Shown: positions 9,772 through 19,175 of the stretch, piece by piece | Layout: each line of letters opens with the position of its first letter | How positions within the stretch are numbered: the first letter of the stretch is position 1 | NCBI GenBank assembly: GCA_020349965.1 | Contig: CP070705.1 | Span: 1,885,789-1,949,788 of the forward strand | Reading direction: 5' to 3' | DNA length: 64,000 nt | Source: a candidate division WOR-3 bacterium | GTDB lineage: Bacteria; Hydrothermota; Tepidihabitantia; SM23-42 | Notes under the pieces: generated by a model | Database searches by the model: none | Told to the model about the DNA's origin: nothing | What the model saw: only the letters and a program-made list of their open reading frames with translations | Translations under genes and position numbers: made by a program

Positions 9772-9792
9772 TTTGGAGAATTATGCTCCAAA
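9772..9792. promoter_or_regulatory. Inverted repeat TTTGGAG-N7-CTCCAAA, 19-39 bp upstream of the mraZ -35
   Basis: Perfect 7-bp arms read directly from the sequence. Confidence 0.35.
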
Positions 9793-9884
9793 TATTGAGA
9801 CTTTTTCTGGGAACTGCCACAAGGTGCGGCAGCACCGCGTTTATTCTACGTTTTTTTGTAAGGTTATGGTTCTCGGTGATCTTT

Positions 9885-11141
9885 TTACGAAGTCTTCTTC
9901 AATCTCGCGGCAAAGACCCCATCGGTATTATAGTCACACGGCAGGATCTTGAGGAATTCATTGCCCAGTGGCGTGAATTTCTTCGCCGGTTCTATGACGA
10001 AGTTCGGATTGTCTTTCAGAAACAACGCAATGACGTCCTCGTTCTCATCCGGCAAAATACTACATGTCGAATAGATCAACGACCCGCCCTTTCTCAGAAG
10101 TGTAGCAGCATTAGTTAGGAGATCATATTGGAGTTTTGCCAGTCTTGTAACAACTTTCTTGTTCACGCGATCCTTCACTTCGGGTCGTTTGGCAATGACG
10201 CCTGCATTTGTGCAGGGTGCATCAACGAGTATTTTGTCAACTTCCTCCAGTTTGTAGTAGCGTCCGTCTGCGATGACCGGCGTTATCATCTGGATACCTA
10301 ACCTGAGGGCATTTTCAACAACAAGTTTCAATCTCTCATTGCTTATCTCAACGGCTACTATCATGCCTTCATTCTTCATCATCTCCGCCATATAGGTTGC
10401 CTTGCTCCCGGGCGCCGAGCAGAGGTCAATAATCTTCTCACCCGGTTTTGGATCGACGAGGTGGCATACCAGACCCTGAGCCTCATCGTGAATAGAAATA
10501 TAGCCCTGTTTCATCAAAGGACTATTGATTATCAGGCTGAGATGGTCGACCGACTTGAATTCAGGGAACCAATTCGCTTCCCTGAATTGCAGCCCGCTTA
10601 AGCGCAACCTCTCCTTGGCCTCCTCAACACTGTTTTTCAGAAGATTTATGCGTATGTACGGCGTTGGGCGTATCTTGAAACAATCAATGATCTTCTCTCC
10701 CTCCACTTGGTACGCCTCTATGATCTTCCTGAAAACCCACGCCCGTGGCTCCCGCAACACCTGCACTCGTTTGTTTCTGATAACACCACGTAAAACGGCA
10801 TTTATCAATCCTTTTTCCTTTATGTTCCGACCAAAATTGACTGCTTCGTTGACGATAGCATAGATCGGAATGCGATCGAAAAAAAGATATTGATAGACTG
10901 CGATTCTCAGCACGTTCTTCAGCGTCGAATCGAGCGAGAAAAAATCTCCTGTCAGGGTCTCTCTGATTATTTGATCGATCTCCTCACGGTGACGCAGAGT
11001 ACCGAACGCCAGTTCATTAGCGAGTTGTCGATCCTCATCCTTCATTTCATTATTCTCGAAAATGGATGCCAAGGCATCCTTTACATTCTTCCCCTCGTCA
11101 ACTTCGCACAGTGCGTTGAGTGCAGCTTCGCGTGCGGTCAT
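9885..11141 (-). CDS. rsmB: 16S rRNA m5C967 methyltransferase RsmB/Sun (NusB-like N-domain plus SAM MTase)
   Basis: 418 aa. DLCSAPGSKAT, DAPCTNAGV and YSTCS motifs. Confidence 0.8.
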   Translation of the reverse strand: MTAREAALNALCEVDEGKNVKDALASIFENNEMKDEDRQLANELAFGTLRHREEIDQIIRETLTGDFFSLDSTLKNVLRIAVYQYLFFDRIPIYAIVNEAVNFGRNIKEKGLINAVLRGVIRNKRVQVLREPRAWVFRKIIEAYQVEGEKIIDCFKIRPTPYIRINLLKNSVEEAKERLRLSGLQFREANWFPEFKSVDHLSLIINSPLMKQGYISIHDEAQGLVCHLVDPKPGEKIIDLCSAPGSKATYMAEMMKNEGMIVAVEISNERLKLVVENALRLGIQMITPVIADGRYYKLEEVDKILVDAPCTNAGVIAKRPEVKDRVNKKVVTRLAKLQYDLLTNAATLLRKGGSLIYSTCSILPDENEDVIALFLKDNPNFVIEPAKKFTPLGNEFLKILPCDYNTDGVFAARLKKTS

Positions 11142-12061
11142 CCTAACACCTCTCCTTTTTGTATGCGATATCCATTGATGAAATCCTGCACCGAGATGGT
11201 TTTCCTACCTTCGGGTTTGACGGCAAGAAGCGCGAGCGATCCACTGGTCGTGCCGACATGTAATTTTCTATCTTCAATCAACAGCGAGCCCGGTGATAAT
11301 CTCTTGTCACCGACCTGCGCTTGCAAGATCATCAATTCCTTTCCACGGAAATACGTTCTCGCCCCCGGGTGTGGCGAAAGTGCTCTAATACGATTATTGA
11401 TTACCGTAGCGCCTTCTGTCCAATCTATCAATAATTCACACTTCTTCAGCTTCGGGGCATAAGATACTGCTCCATCTTGCAGGACCGAACGACAGTCCCC
11501 TGATGCTATGCTGTGCAATGTACCAATGATCATCTCGGCGCCGAGGCCGGAAAGTTTCGTCGAGAGTGACCCATATGTATCATCCTCTTCAATTTCGACA
11601 CTGCGCTGCGTGATCATCTTTCCGTGATCGATCTTCTCGTCCATAAAAAAAACTGTGACGCCTGTTTTCTTCTCTCCCGCCATTATCGCACGCTGGATAG
11701 GTGCAGCACCCCGGTACTGCGGTAAGAGAGAAGGATGGACGTTGATACTACCCAAACTCGGTATCTCGAGCAATTCTTTGCATAAGATATGGCCGTATGC
11801 TGAAAGCACATAAAGGTCAGGACCGAGTAGCCGTATTTCATCGACAAACGTCTCGGCATTCGGGTCAGGAGGCATGTAGACTTTAACGCCCGCGCTCTCT
11901 GCCCATCGCGCGATTTCGGGCAATGAGTGTTTCAACCCTCTGCCTTTCGGTTTCGGTTCCGAAACAACAACCCCCACGATCTTGAACTGCCCATGGATAT
12001 TACGGGCTATCGGCAATGAGAAATCAGACGAACCGAAAAATAGAATCTTCATGGTTCGCAC
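11138..12061 (-). CDS. fmt: Methionyl-tRNA formyltransferase
   Basis: 307 aa. HPSLLPQYRGAAPIQ motif. Adjacent to def. Confidence 0.9.
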   Translation of the reverse strand: MRTMKILFFGSSDFSLPIARNIHGQFKIVGVVVSEPKPKGRGLKHSLPEIARWAESAGVKVYMPPDPNAETFVDEIRLLGPDLYVLSAYGHILCKELLEIPSLGSINVHPSLLPQYRGAAPIQRAIMAGEKKTGVTVFFMDEKIDHGKMITQRSVEIEEDDTYGSLSTKLSGLGAEMIIGTLHSIASGDCRSVLQDGAVSYAPKLKKCELLIDWTEGATVINNRIRALSPHPGARTYFRGKELMILQAQVGDKRLSPGSLLIEDRKLHVGTTSGSLALLAVKPEGRKTISVQDFINGYRIQKGEVLG

Positions 12062-12615
12062 TTAGTCTCCGCCGTCCCGGGCATTTCTTCCGTGTACTTT
12101 GCAATCATCTCCTTATCTGTCTCTGCGGCGTGATCGATCAAGAGAATGCCATCCAGATGATCCATTTCATGCATCGTTGCTCGTGCAAGAATGCCGCTGA
12201 GTTCAAGCACAAAACTCTCGTTGTACAAATTCTTTGCACTAAGGCGCACCTTCTGGGGTCGAGCTATTTTCAGATAGAGTTCGGGAAAACTGAGACAACC
12301 TTCTTCACATATTTCATCTCCCTCCTGCTGCAACACGATTGGGTTAATACATACAATAGACTCAGTATTCTCTTCGTTCGGGTGCGCGTTCAGAATGAAA
12401 ATACGATGCGAAGAACCGATCTGATTTGCTGCCAGGCCGACACCATCCTCAGCGATCATCGTTTCTATCATCCTATCGACCAGGCGAAATACATCCTCGC
12501 CGATTTTCTCAACCGGCACGGTTTTCTTCCTCAATTCGGGCGCTGGATATTTAAGGACTGATTCCGCCAATTTAGACTCCGCCTCTACTTGTCTGCAACA
12601 CAACAACTTTGACAA
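12049..12615 (-). CDS. def: Peptide deformylase
   Basis: GVGLAANQIG, EGCLSFPE and HEMDHLDG motifs. Confidence 0.9.
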   Translation of the reverse strand: MSKLLCCRQVEAESKLAESVLKYPAPELRKKTVPVEKIGEDVFRLVDRMIETMIAEDGVGLAANQIGSSHRIFILNAHPNEENTESIVCINPIVLQQEGDEICEEGCLSFPELYLKIARPQKVRLSAKNLYNESFVLELSGILARATMHEMDHLDGILLIDHAAETDKEMIAKYTEEMPGTAETKCEP

Positions 12616-12620
12616 CTCGA

Positions 12621-12929
12621 TCAGTTGTTGCCGGGGTTGAGTTTACCTACTATATGTCCTTTCTCCAACTCAATCTTCACGCCATCAGCGATAAGCAGTG
12701 TAACCGTATCGCTCTTAACGTTTGCGATCGTTCCATGAATGCCCGAAGATGTCGTTACGCGGTCGCCTTTTTGCAGCTCGGCAACCAGTCTCCTATGCTG
12801 CTTCTGCTTTCTCTGCTGCGGCAGTATCAGGAGAAAATAGAAAACGACAAATATCAGAATCAAAGGCAGCAAACCCATGATAGGATTGCTCTGTCCTGTG
12901 CTTTGTCCAATTATCAGATAAATCATCAT
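12621..12929 (-). CDS. yajC: Preprotein translocase subunit YajC
   Basis: 102 aa. Single TM helix followed by the conserved QQRKQKQH...LQKGDRVTTSSGIHGTI region. Confidence 0.8.
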   Translation of the reverse strand: MMIYLIIGQSTGQSNPIMGLLPLILIFVVFYFLLILPQQRKQKQHRRLVAELQKGDRVTTSSGIHGTIANVKSDTVTLLIADGVKIELEKGHIVGKLNPGNN

Positions 12930-13066
12930 ATGCTCCTTTAGACATTATATCTATTTCGACAATTAAGTCAAGCATTCTTCTACTATTTCGACACTCTGGA
13001 ATCACCTTCGTTTAATGCCATACATCTCGATGAACCACCTATGTCTCCCGCTCATCCACCATTATA

Positions 13067-13094
13067 TTGACTTCGGCTATATTTTCCATAGAAT
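13067..13094 (+). promoter_or_regulatory. Candidate promoter TTGACT-16-TAGAAT. The -10 ends 6 nt before the nnr ATG, so the transcript is probably leaderless.
   Basis: Hexamers read directly from the sequence. Confidence 0.4.
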
Positions 13095-13100
13095 CTTTTT

Positions 13101-14654
13101 ATGCGCATAGTGACGACCTCCGAGATGGAGCAAATAGATAGCTGGGCCACTAGTAAGCTGGGTATTTCCAGCACCGTGCTCATGGAAAATGCCGGCCGCG
13201 GGTGCGTCGATGTACTCGAAACCTACCATAAATCGGAAAGGCTAAGGGTTTTGGTGGTGTGCGGGAAAGGGAATAACGGCGGTGACGGATTTGTCGCTGC
13301 ACGTCATCTCCACAACCGCGGTGCGCTCGTGAATATCGCCCTTCTCGGCAAGGCGAAAGAGCTGAAAGGAGACGCACTCGTCAATCATCGTCTGGCAGCT
13401 AATGCGCATATGAAGATAGTGGAAATCACCCGCACTCAGGAGCTTACCGCCGTCCGTGACTCTTTTCACCCGGATGTGATGATCGATGCCATCTTCGGCA
13501 CCGGTTTCAGTGGCGAGCCGCAAGGTATCTATCGCCAAGCCATAGAACTGATAAATGAAACTGAGGCCTTCGTCTTATCGATCGATATTCCTTCGGGAAT
13601 CAACGGCGACAATGGCCAATTCAAAAACCTCTGCGTGATCGCCGACGCAACCGCTTCCATGTGCTTGCCAAAAAGAGGTAATTATCTATTTCCTGGACGG
13701 GAGTTCGGTGGCGAACTGCACCATGTTGACATCGGCATACCCTACTCCCTAATCGATACGGGCTATCCAAGAGTGGTCGAATATGATGACATTCTCTCCT
13801 GGATTCCACTCCGTCCAGCCGACGGTAACAAAGGTACATTTGGACAGATCCTCGTCGTTGCAGGAGCTAGAGGGTTCTCCGGCGCAGCCGCAATGTCTGC
13901 TCAATCGGCGCTCAGGGTCGGCGCCGGCTTAGTCCGGCTTGGTGCACCCCGTGGTATCATAGATGCCCTGGAGGCAAAGCTGCTCGAGGTCGTCAAGGTG
14001 CCGCTCGAACAGACCGAGAGCGAATCCATCCATGCCGATGCATTGGAGACACTAAAACCGTACATCCCTGGCAGTGATGTTGTTGTCGTCGGACCAGGCA
14101 TTACCACGCATCCCGAAACAGCTAGGTTCCTGCGCGAATTTCTTTCAGCAATCACGTCGCCGTGCATCATCGACGCAGATGCGATAAATATCATTGCACA
14201 GGACAACAACATACTAAAAAGCGCTCATACCCCTTTCATTCTAACTCCCCACCCGGGGGAATTGGCAAGATTGATTAAGACTGCACCCAAAGACATCAAC
14301 GAAGCACGGATCGAGACGGCGATCGAGTGCGCAAAGAAGTATGACTGTGTCCTGGTGCTGAAGGGTGCACCGACAGTCATCGCCGATCAGGAAGGAAATA
14401 CATATGTGAACCCGACGGGAAATTCCGGCCTCGCGACTGCAGGTTCGGGTGATGTACTTGTCGGCATGATAGCCGGTTTCCTCGCTCAACAACCCTCGCT
14501 ACTCAAAGCAGCGGTCACTGGGGTCTTCCTCCACGGTCTCTGTGCCGATCTGGCATTGGAAGACAGCAACGAATTCGCCCTGACCGCGGCAGATCTCATC
14601 GACTATGCACCGCAGGCAATAAACTTTCTATTGAGGAGAGAATTTGCTCGATAA
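13101..14654 (+). CDS. nnr: Bifunctional NAD(P)H-hydrate repair enzyme Nnr (epimerase plus ADP-dependent dehydratase)
   Basis: 517 aa. YjeF-N (GKGNNGGDG) and YjeF-C (GSGDVLVG) signatures. Confidence 0.85.
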   Translation: MRIVTTSEMEQIDSWATSKLGISSTVLMENAGRGCVDVLETYHKSERLRVLVVCGKGNNGGDGFVAARHLHNRGALVNIALLGKAKELKGDALVNHRLAANAHMKIVEITRTQELTAVRDSFHPDVMIDAIFGTGFSGEPQGIYRQAIELINETEAFVLSIDIPSGINGDNGQFKNLCVIADATASMCLPKRGNYLFPGREFGGELHHVDIGIPYSLIDTGYPRVVEYDDILSWIPLRPADGNKGTFGQILVVAGARGFSGAAAMSAQSALRVGAGLVRLGAPRGIIDALEAKLLEVVKVPLEQTESESIHADALETLKPYIPGSDVVVVGPGITTHPETARFLREFLSAITSPCIIDADAINIIAQDNNILKSAHTPFILTPHPGELARLIKTAPKDINEARIETAIECAKKYDCVLVLKGAPTVIADQEGNTYVNPTGNSGLATAGSGDVLVGMIAGFLAQQPSLLKAAVTGVFLHGLCADLALEDSNEFALTAADLIDYAPQAINFLLRREFAR

Positions 14655-14660
14655 AACGTA

Positions 14661-16121
14661 ATGACCACGCTCGTTCTCTTTTTACTGACCCAGTCGGATA
14701 TCTACCCTCAAAACCTAGCGTGGGATCGCTACAGCATGATGGCCCCGCTTGGGAGAGTCACCTCAATAGCATCTTCTAACCAGCATGTCTTCGCCCTGAG
14801 TGATGATTATCTACTCTTCATCGACAAATATACTTTCCGGATGGAAAACACAATCTACCTGAACCGAAGCGCGGAATTGGTCGGCTACGACCCTTACACG
14901 ACCGACCTCTGGATCGCTTGCCGTGATAATCTGATTCGCCTCATGACGACAAGCTACAGCCTGCGCCAATTCCCTATACAGTTTACGGTAAGCCAATTCT
15001 CGATCGACGTCGACAAGATATATATCGAAAGCAACCGGGACGGTCAGAAGTACGCTCTTGATAAGATCACCGGAGTAGTGTCAGCGGTTACGTCGTTTCC
15101 CCGCAACCTTACCTGGTACAAGAAAGTATCGAACAGCGACATCATGCAGTATCCATTCCTCAGTCCGTACTACTTCAGCGATGATATCCAGACCTCACAA
15201 ATACCATTCGAGCGATATCCGATCACCGCGATTCACGACGATGGAATGAATCTCTATGTCGGAACCGACCGCTACGGTCTTCTCAAATACAACAAGATCT
15301 CGTGGCAAAGTCAGCGCATTGTAAACGGCCCCCTCGACTCACGTGTAATCGCTGTCAGGAAAACTGATGATCGGATTGTCCTTATTTCAAACTCAGGCAT
15401 CTCCTATTTCACCCCCCAAACCGGCATCTGGGATTACCAACGCTTCAGGGATGCGGTCGTGGATCTCGTGTATTACAGCGAACAGATCTATGTAGCACGA
15501 CGCAACAGCGTGTTCCGTATTGCCGGGACAATGGAATTCCCGGTAGGAACGTTCAATAAGGATATCCTGTCGCTTGCCCATGATGAGCGCAACATTTATA
15601 TAGGAACGCGTTCCGGAGCCTACCGGATCATTGAAGGAACCAGCGAGCCTGTGCTTTTCGGACCGACGACACATGCCGTCAACATCATCTATGCTACCGC
15701 CCGTTCGGTGTATGTGGGTGGAGAATTGGGTATGTACGAATACGATAGAGAAGCCGGTGAGTGGTCGACTGTATTGAATTTCGGCACAAAAGACATCGTC
15801 GAAGTAGCAGGTGACATATACTCACTCGGAACGAATAACCAAATCATCAGACACCCTTCCGCAACAGTTGATTCAGCAACAATCGACACTGCGTGGGTCT
15901 TACTTCCTTATTTCAATGTTTACGACATCGATACTGACGGCACAGTGCTGTATTGTGCAACCTATTCCGGCATTTACTACTATGAACCGGTAAGTGCCCA
16001 GTATCGTATCATCTACAATCTCCCCCGCGTCGCATACGATCATGTATTCGTCGTCGATGATCGTCTTTTCGCACTCTCGAAGGGCCTCATCTACTCACTA
16101 CCCCTCGAATACCGCGACTGA
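14661..16121 (+). CDS. Hypothetical secreted beta-propeller protein with Reg_prop-like (two-component regulator propeller) repeats and no output domain
   Basis: 486 aa. Recurrent motifs LYVGTDRYGLLKY, IYIGTRSGAYRI, VYVGGELGMYEY and LYCATYSGIYYY. Confidence 0.5.
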   Translation: MTTLVLFLLTQSDIYPQNLAWDRYSMMAPLGRVTSIASSNQHVFALSDDYLLFIDKYTFRMENTIYLNRSAELVGYDPYTTDLWIACRDNLIRLMTTSYSLRQFPIQFTVSQFSIDVDKIYIESNRDGQKYALDKITGVVSAVTSFPRNLTWYKKVSNSDIMQYPFLSPYYFSDDIQTSQIPFERYPITAIHDDGMNLYVGTDRYGLLKYNKISWQSQRIVNGPLDSRVIAVRKTDDRIVLISNSGISYFTPQTGIWDYQRFRDAVVDLVYYSEQIYVARRNSVFRIAGTMEFPVGTFNKDILSLAHDERNIYIGTRSGAYRIIEGTSEPVLFGPTTHAVNIIYATARSVYVGGELGMYEYDREAGEWSTVLNFGTKDIVEVAGDIYSLGTNNQIIRHPSATVDSATIDTAWVLLPYFNVYDIDTDGTVLYCATYSGIYYYEPVSAQYRIIYNLPRVAYDHVFVVDDRLFALSKGLIYSLPLEYRD

Positions 16122-16167
16122 CCGACCGGGCGCAATTGTTTCCCAATGAACGATCGAAAGATCATAT

Positions 16168-16884
16168 ATGAATGAACGACGGACGACTTTCATCGAACAC
16201 CTCGAGGAACTGCGGCGGAGAATCCTCTATTCCATTGCCGCTGTTGCAGTGTCAACGGTTGCCGGATTCTTTTTTGCGAAGAGGTTCCTGAACCTGATCA
16301 TTCAAAGGGCATCCTTAAGCACAACTTATTTTTTCGCACCTGCCGAAGCTTTCGTCGCTCAAATAAAAGTCGCGGTGTTTCTCGGAATCGTCATCTCCTT
16401 TCCGTTCATCCTCTATCAGAGTTGGACATTCATCGGACCCGGATTGACCAAGAGTGAAAGGCGGATTTCATTGAGCTACATGGCTTCCGGTTTGGTGTTA
16501 TTCGCGATCGGCATCCTCTTCGGATATTACATACTCATACCGTACGGTCTCAGGTTCCTGCTCTCATTCGGCAGTGAAATGATTCAACCGTTAATGAACA
16601 TTGGTAAATACATGAATTTCTTCCTGTGGTGCCTCCTGGGCAGCGGGTTATTATTCCAATTGCCTTTGCTCTTATTCTTTCTGATACGACTTGGTATTGT
16701 TGACGTCGAAACAATCACTAATCATAGACCGGAAGCGATCGTTGGGGTACTCGTTCTCTGCGCGGTCATCACACCGACCGGCGACTTCTTCACACTGCTG
16801 CTGCTGTCCGTACCTCTAATGCTCCTCTTTGAGCTGAGCATCCTGATCGCCAGATTGTCGACACGAAAGAAACCGCAGAACTGA
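16168..16884 (+). CDS. tatC: Twin-arginine translocase subunit TatC
   Basis: 238 aa, 6 TM helices. N-terminal FIEHLEELRRRIL TatC signature. Confidence 0.85.
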   Translation: MNERRTTFIEHLEELRRRILYSIAAVAVSTVAGFFFAKRFLNLIIQRASLSTTYFFAPAEAFVAQIKVAVFLGIVISFPFILYQSWTFIGPGLTKSERRISLSYMASGLVLFAIGILFGYYILIPYGLRFLLSFGSEMIQPLMNIGKYMNFFLWCLLGSGLLFQLPLLLFFLIRLGIVDVETITNHRPEAIVGVLVLCAVITPTGDFFTLLLLSVPLMLLFELSILIARLSTRKKPQN

Positions 16885-16986
16885 CCCACTCAGCTTCAAA
16901 GCCTTAGATTCGGGACGGTATCGATTCTCCCTTGACTTGATATTGTTTTGCATTATAATTTCCTCTGTCGAACAGTAATGATGTCA

Positions 16987-17059
16987 GGGGCCGTAGTTCA
17001 GTTGGGAGAACGCTTGACTGGCAGTCAAGAGGTCACGGGTTCGAATCCCGTCGGCTCCA
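16987..17059 (+). tRNA. tRNA-Ala (anticodon GGC)
   Basis: Cloverleaf folded by hand. Acceptor stem GGGGCCG/CGGCTCC has the G3:U70 Ala identity pair. D-stem GTTC/GAAC. Anticodon loop CTGGCAG. T-arm ACGGG TTCGAAT CCCGT. No encoded CCA. Confidence 0.9.
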
Positions 17060-17080
17060 ATCAGAGAATTGGAGGTCATA

Positions 17081-18292
17081 ATGACAAAAATGTTCACCAG
17101 AATGTGTCTGTTGACACTGATAGCAGTGAGTTTGTCTGTTTGGTGCGCACCAACACAGACTGTTAAAGAACCGACAAGTACCATGACTGCTGAAGAAAAG
17201 CAAAAAGAGGCAGAGCAGTCTTATTCAATCGGGTTTGAGTACTACAAGCAGGGCAACTACGACGAAGCCGTCAAGAATTTCACGAAAGCCATTGACATAA
17301 TGCCGAGATTCTACGCTGCGTACGTCGCCCTGGCAAAGGCCTACCGCGCCAAGGGCGATATCCTTGCAGCGGAAGCCGAGTATAAAAAGGCAAAGAACCT
17401 CGACGCGAAGGATGCTCGTTCCTATGAAGGACTAGGTGCATTATACACGGAATTACAGAAATACGCAGAGGCGATCGCCGAATACGAAAACGGCTTGAGA
17501 GCCGATACGAAAAATGTCAACCTTCTCAACGGCGTTGCCTACGTTTACAGAAAAATGAGCAACTATGATAAGGCTCTGGAATACTACAACAGAAGTCTGG
17601 AAATCGAACCGGAGAACCTGACCACTATGTTTGCCGTCGCAGATATCTACATTGAGATGGAAAACCCGAGACGAGCGATTGCCTACCTCGAAACGATAAT
17701 CGAAAGGAAACCGAACATCGTCGAAGTTCGCGAAAAGCTCGCCCAAGTGTATTTTGAAACGAAGAACTACGATCCCGCCGCAAAACTGTACAAAGATCTG
17801 GTCAAGGAGCAACCGGATAACTATCGCTACCACATGCAGTTGGGTTCGGTCTACATAAAACAGAAGAAGTATCAGGAAGCCGAACAGTCGCTAAATACGG
17901 CAAGGCGCCTGGCACCGAGCAGCGCATCGCCGATCTATTCGCTCGTTGACCTGAACCTCGTGCGCGGGCGTTATAGCGCGGCAGAAGAACTTGCGAACGA
18001 AGCCTTGAGGATCGAACCGACCAATCTCTACGCGTACCTCCTGTTGGGCGACATCTATATCCGCAGGGGATACGATGCCCGGGGAAGATGGACTCAGAAT
18101 AAGAGTACCGCAAACTGCAGCATTTTGAACGCAGCGATCAGCTATTTTTCTACTGCCATCTCTCACTACAATAAGGCACGGACCGATGTACAGTGGAGCG
18201 CTTACGCGAATAACGAAATAAAACGCAGCAATACATGGCTCGAAGAGTTGCAGGAAGACAAGTGGTTCTACTGCAAGGGTGGATCGCAATGA
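17081..18292 (+). CDS. TPR-repeat lipoprotein/secreted protein. The ORF track starts at TTG 17069; ATG 17081 follows the GGAGGT RBS.
   Basis: Signal peptide, then tandem TPR-like repeats (AEQSYSIGFEYYKQGNYDEAVKNF...). Its stop overlaps the next gene's start (ATGA). Confidence 0.7.
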   Translation: MTKMFTRMCLLTLIAVSLSVWCAPTQTVKEPTSTMTAEEKQKEAEQSYSIGFEYYKQGNYDEAVKNFTKAIDIMPRFYAAYVALAKAYRAKGDILAAEAEYKKAKNLDAKDARSYEGLGALYTELQKYAEAIAEYENGLRADTKNVNLLNGVAYVYRKMSNYDKALEYYNRSLEIEPENLTTMFAVADIYIEMENPRRAIAYLETIIERKPNIVEVREKLAQVYFETKNYDPAAKLYKDLVKEQPDNYRYHMQLGSVYIKQKKYQEAEQSLNTARRLAPSSASPIYSLVDLNLVRGRYSAAEELANEALRIEPTNLYAYLLLGDIYIRRGYDARGRWTQNKSTANCSILNAAISYFSTAISHYNKARTDVQWSAYANNEIKRSNTWLEELQEDKWFYCKGGSQ

Positions 18293-18651
18293 GCAAAGGT
18301 CTTTCAGGCTTTGGTGTCATATTCCTTATCATAGTCTTCCTGATAGTAGGATATACGGGGTACCAGGTTGGCCGGGTCCATTTCAATCATGGTTCACTCA
18401 GTGAAAAAGTCGAGAACACCGTGCGCATTGGCCCCGTACAGAATGACGATATGATCAGAGAGGAACTAAGAAAAGTTGCCGAGGAGTTGAGCATCATTCT
18501 GTCTCCCGAAAACATATGGATAGACCGCTCTATACCGGATTCTTTCGGGATATACATTGAATATGAGGACTCGTCGAGTATATTCGGTATATTCACGTAC
18601 AATCGTAAGTTCGTCATAGACAAAGTGGCTCCTATCCAGATCAATTACTGA
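18289..18651 (+). CDS. Small membrane protein (one N-terminal TM helix), translationally coupled to the TPR gene and the HNH gene
   Basis: MSKGLSGFGVIFLIIVFLIVGYTGYQ... Upstream overlap is ATGA and downstream overlap is TGATG. Confidence 0.45.
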   Translation: MSKGLSGFGVIFLIIVFLIVGYTGYQVGRVHFNHGSLSEKVENTVRIGPVQNDDMIREELRKVAEELSIILSPENIWIDRSIPDSFGIYIEYEDSSSIFGIFTYNRKFVIDKVAPIQINY

Positions 18652-19157
18652 TGTTACAGCTACCTGTTCTCCTTCTCAACCAGAATTACGAACCGATGAC
18701 AATTCTCAGATTGAAAAGGGCAATCACACTGTTGATCTTGGGAAAGGTCGATATGGTTGAGAACGCCGATGGCAAATTGCTGCATGCGATCAGCATAACG
18801 TACCGCGTTCCGTCGGTGATTCGCCTGAGATACTATGTACGCATAAAACGTAAAGAGATCTCCTTAACCAAGAAGAACGTCATAAAGAGAGACAACCATC
18901 AGTGCCAATACTGCGGGAAGCGAGCGGGTGAGATGACTGCCGACCACATCCTACCGAAAGCGCTCGGCGGTGACGAATCGTGGGAGAATCTCGTTTGTGC
19001 ATGCCATGAGTGTAATAATAAGAAAGGTGATTCAAGTCTGAAGCACGTCGGCATGCATCTCATGAGGAAGCCGCGAAGGCCAAACTATTTTACTTTTGTG
19101 CTCAACGAGTTTGGTAATCCGAATGCGGAGTGGCGACCTTACCTTTTTCAGTGTTGA
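18651..19157 (+). CDS. HNH endonuclease (stand-alone, COG1403-like)
   Basis: 168 aa. CQYCGKRAGEMTADHILPKALGGDESWENLVCACHECNNKKGD carries the HNH catalytic His and zinc-binding Cys pairs. Confidence 0.8.
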   Translation: MLQLPVLLLNQNYEPMTILRLKRAITLLILGKVDMVENADGKLLHAISITYRVPSVIRLRYYVRIKRKEISLTKKNVIKRDNHQCQYCGKRAGEMTADHILPKALGGDESWENLVCACHECNNKKGDSSLKHVGMHLMRKPRRPNYFTFVLNEFGNPNAEWRPYLFQC

Positions 19158-19175
19158 TGTAGGCATAGTATCATA

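Noticed and set aside
9612-10118. 168-aa plus-strand ORF across the mraZ/rsmB boundary
   Set aside because: It is antisense to two conserved genes and crosses their intergenic promoter region, so it is an ORF-finder artefact.
17069-17080. TTG at 17069 as the TPR gene start (ORF-track start)
   Set aside because: ATG at 17081 sits 4 nt after a GGAGGT RBS, whereas TTG 17069 would overlap the RBS and lie 10 nt from the tRNA 3' end. The downstream ATG is preferred, though not proven.
16948-17184. ORFs 16948-17166 (+) and 16984-17184 (-) overlapping 16987-17059
   Set aside because: The region folds into a canonical tRNA-Ala cloverleaf with a G3:U70 pair, so the overlapping protein ORFs are spurious.
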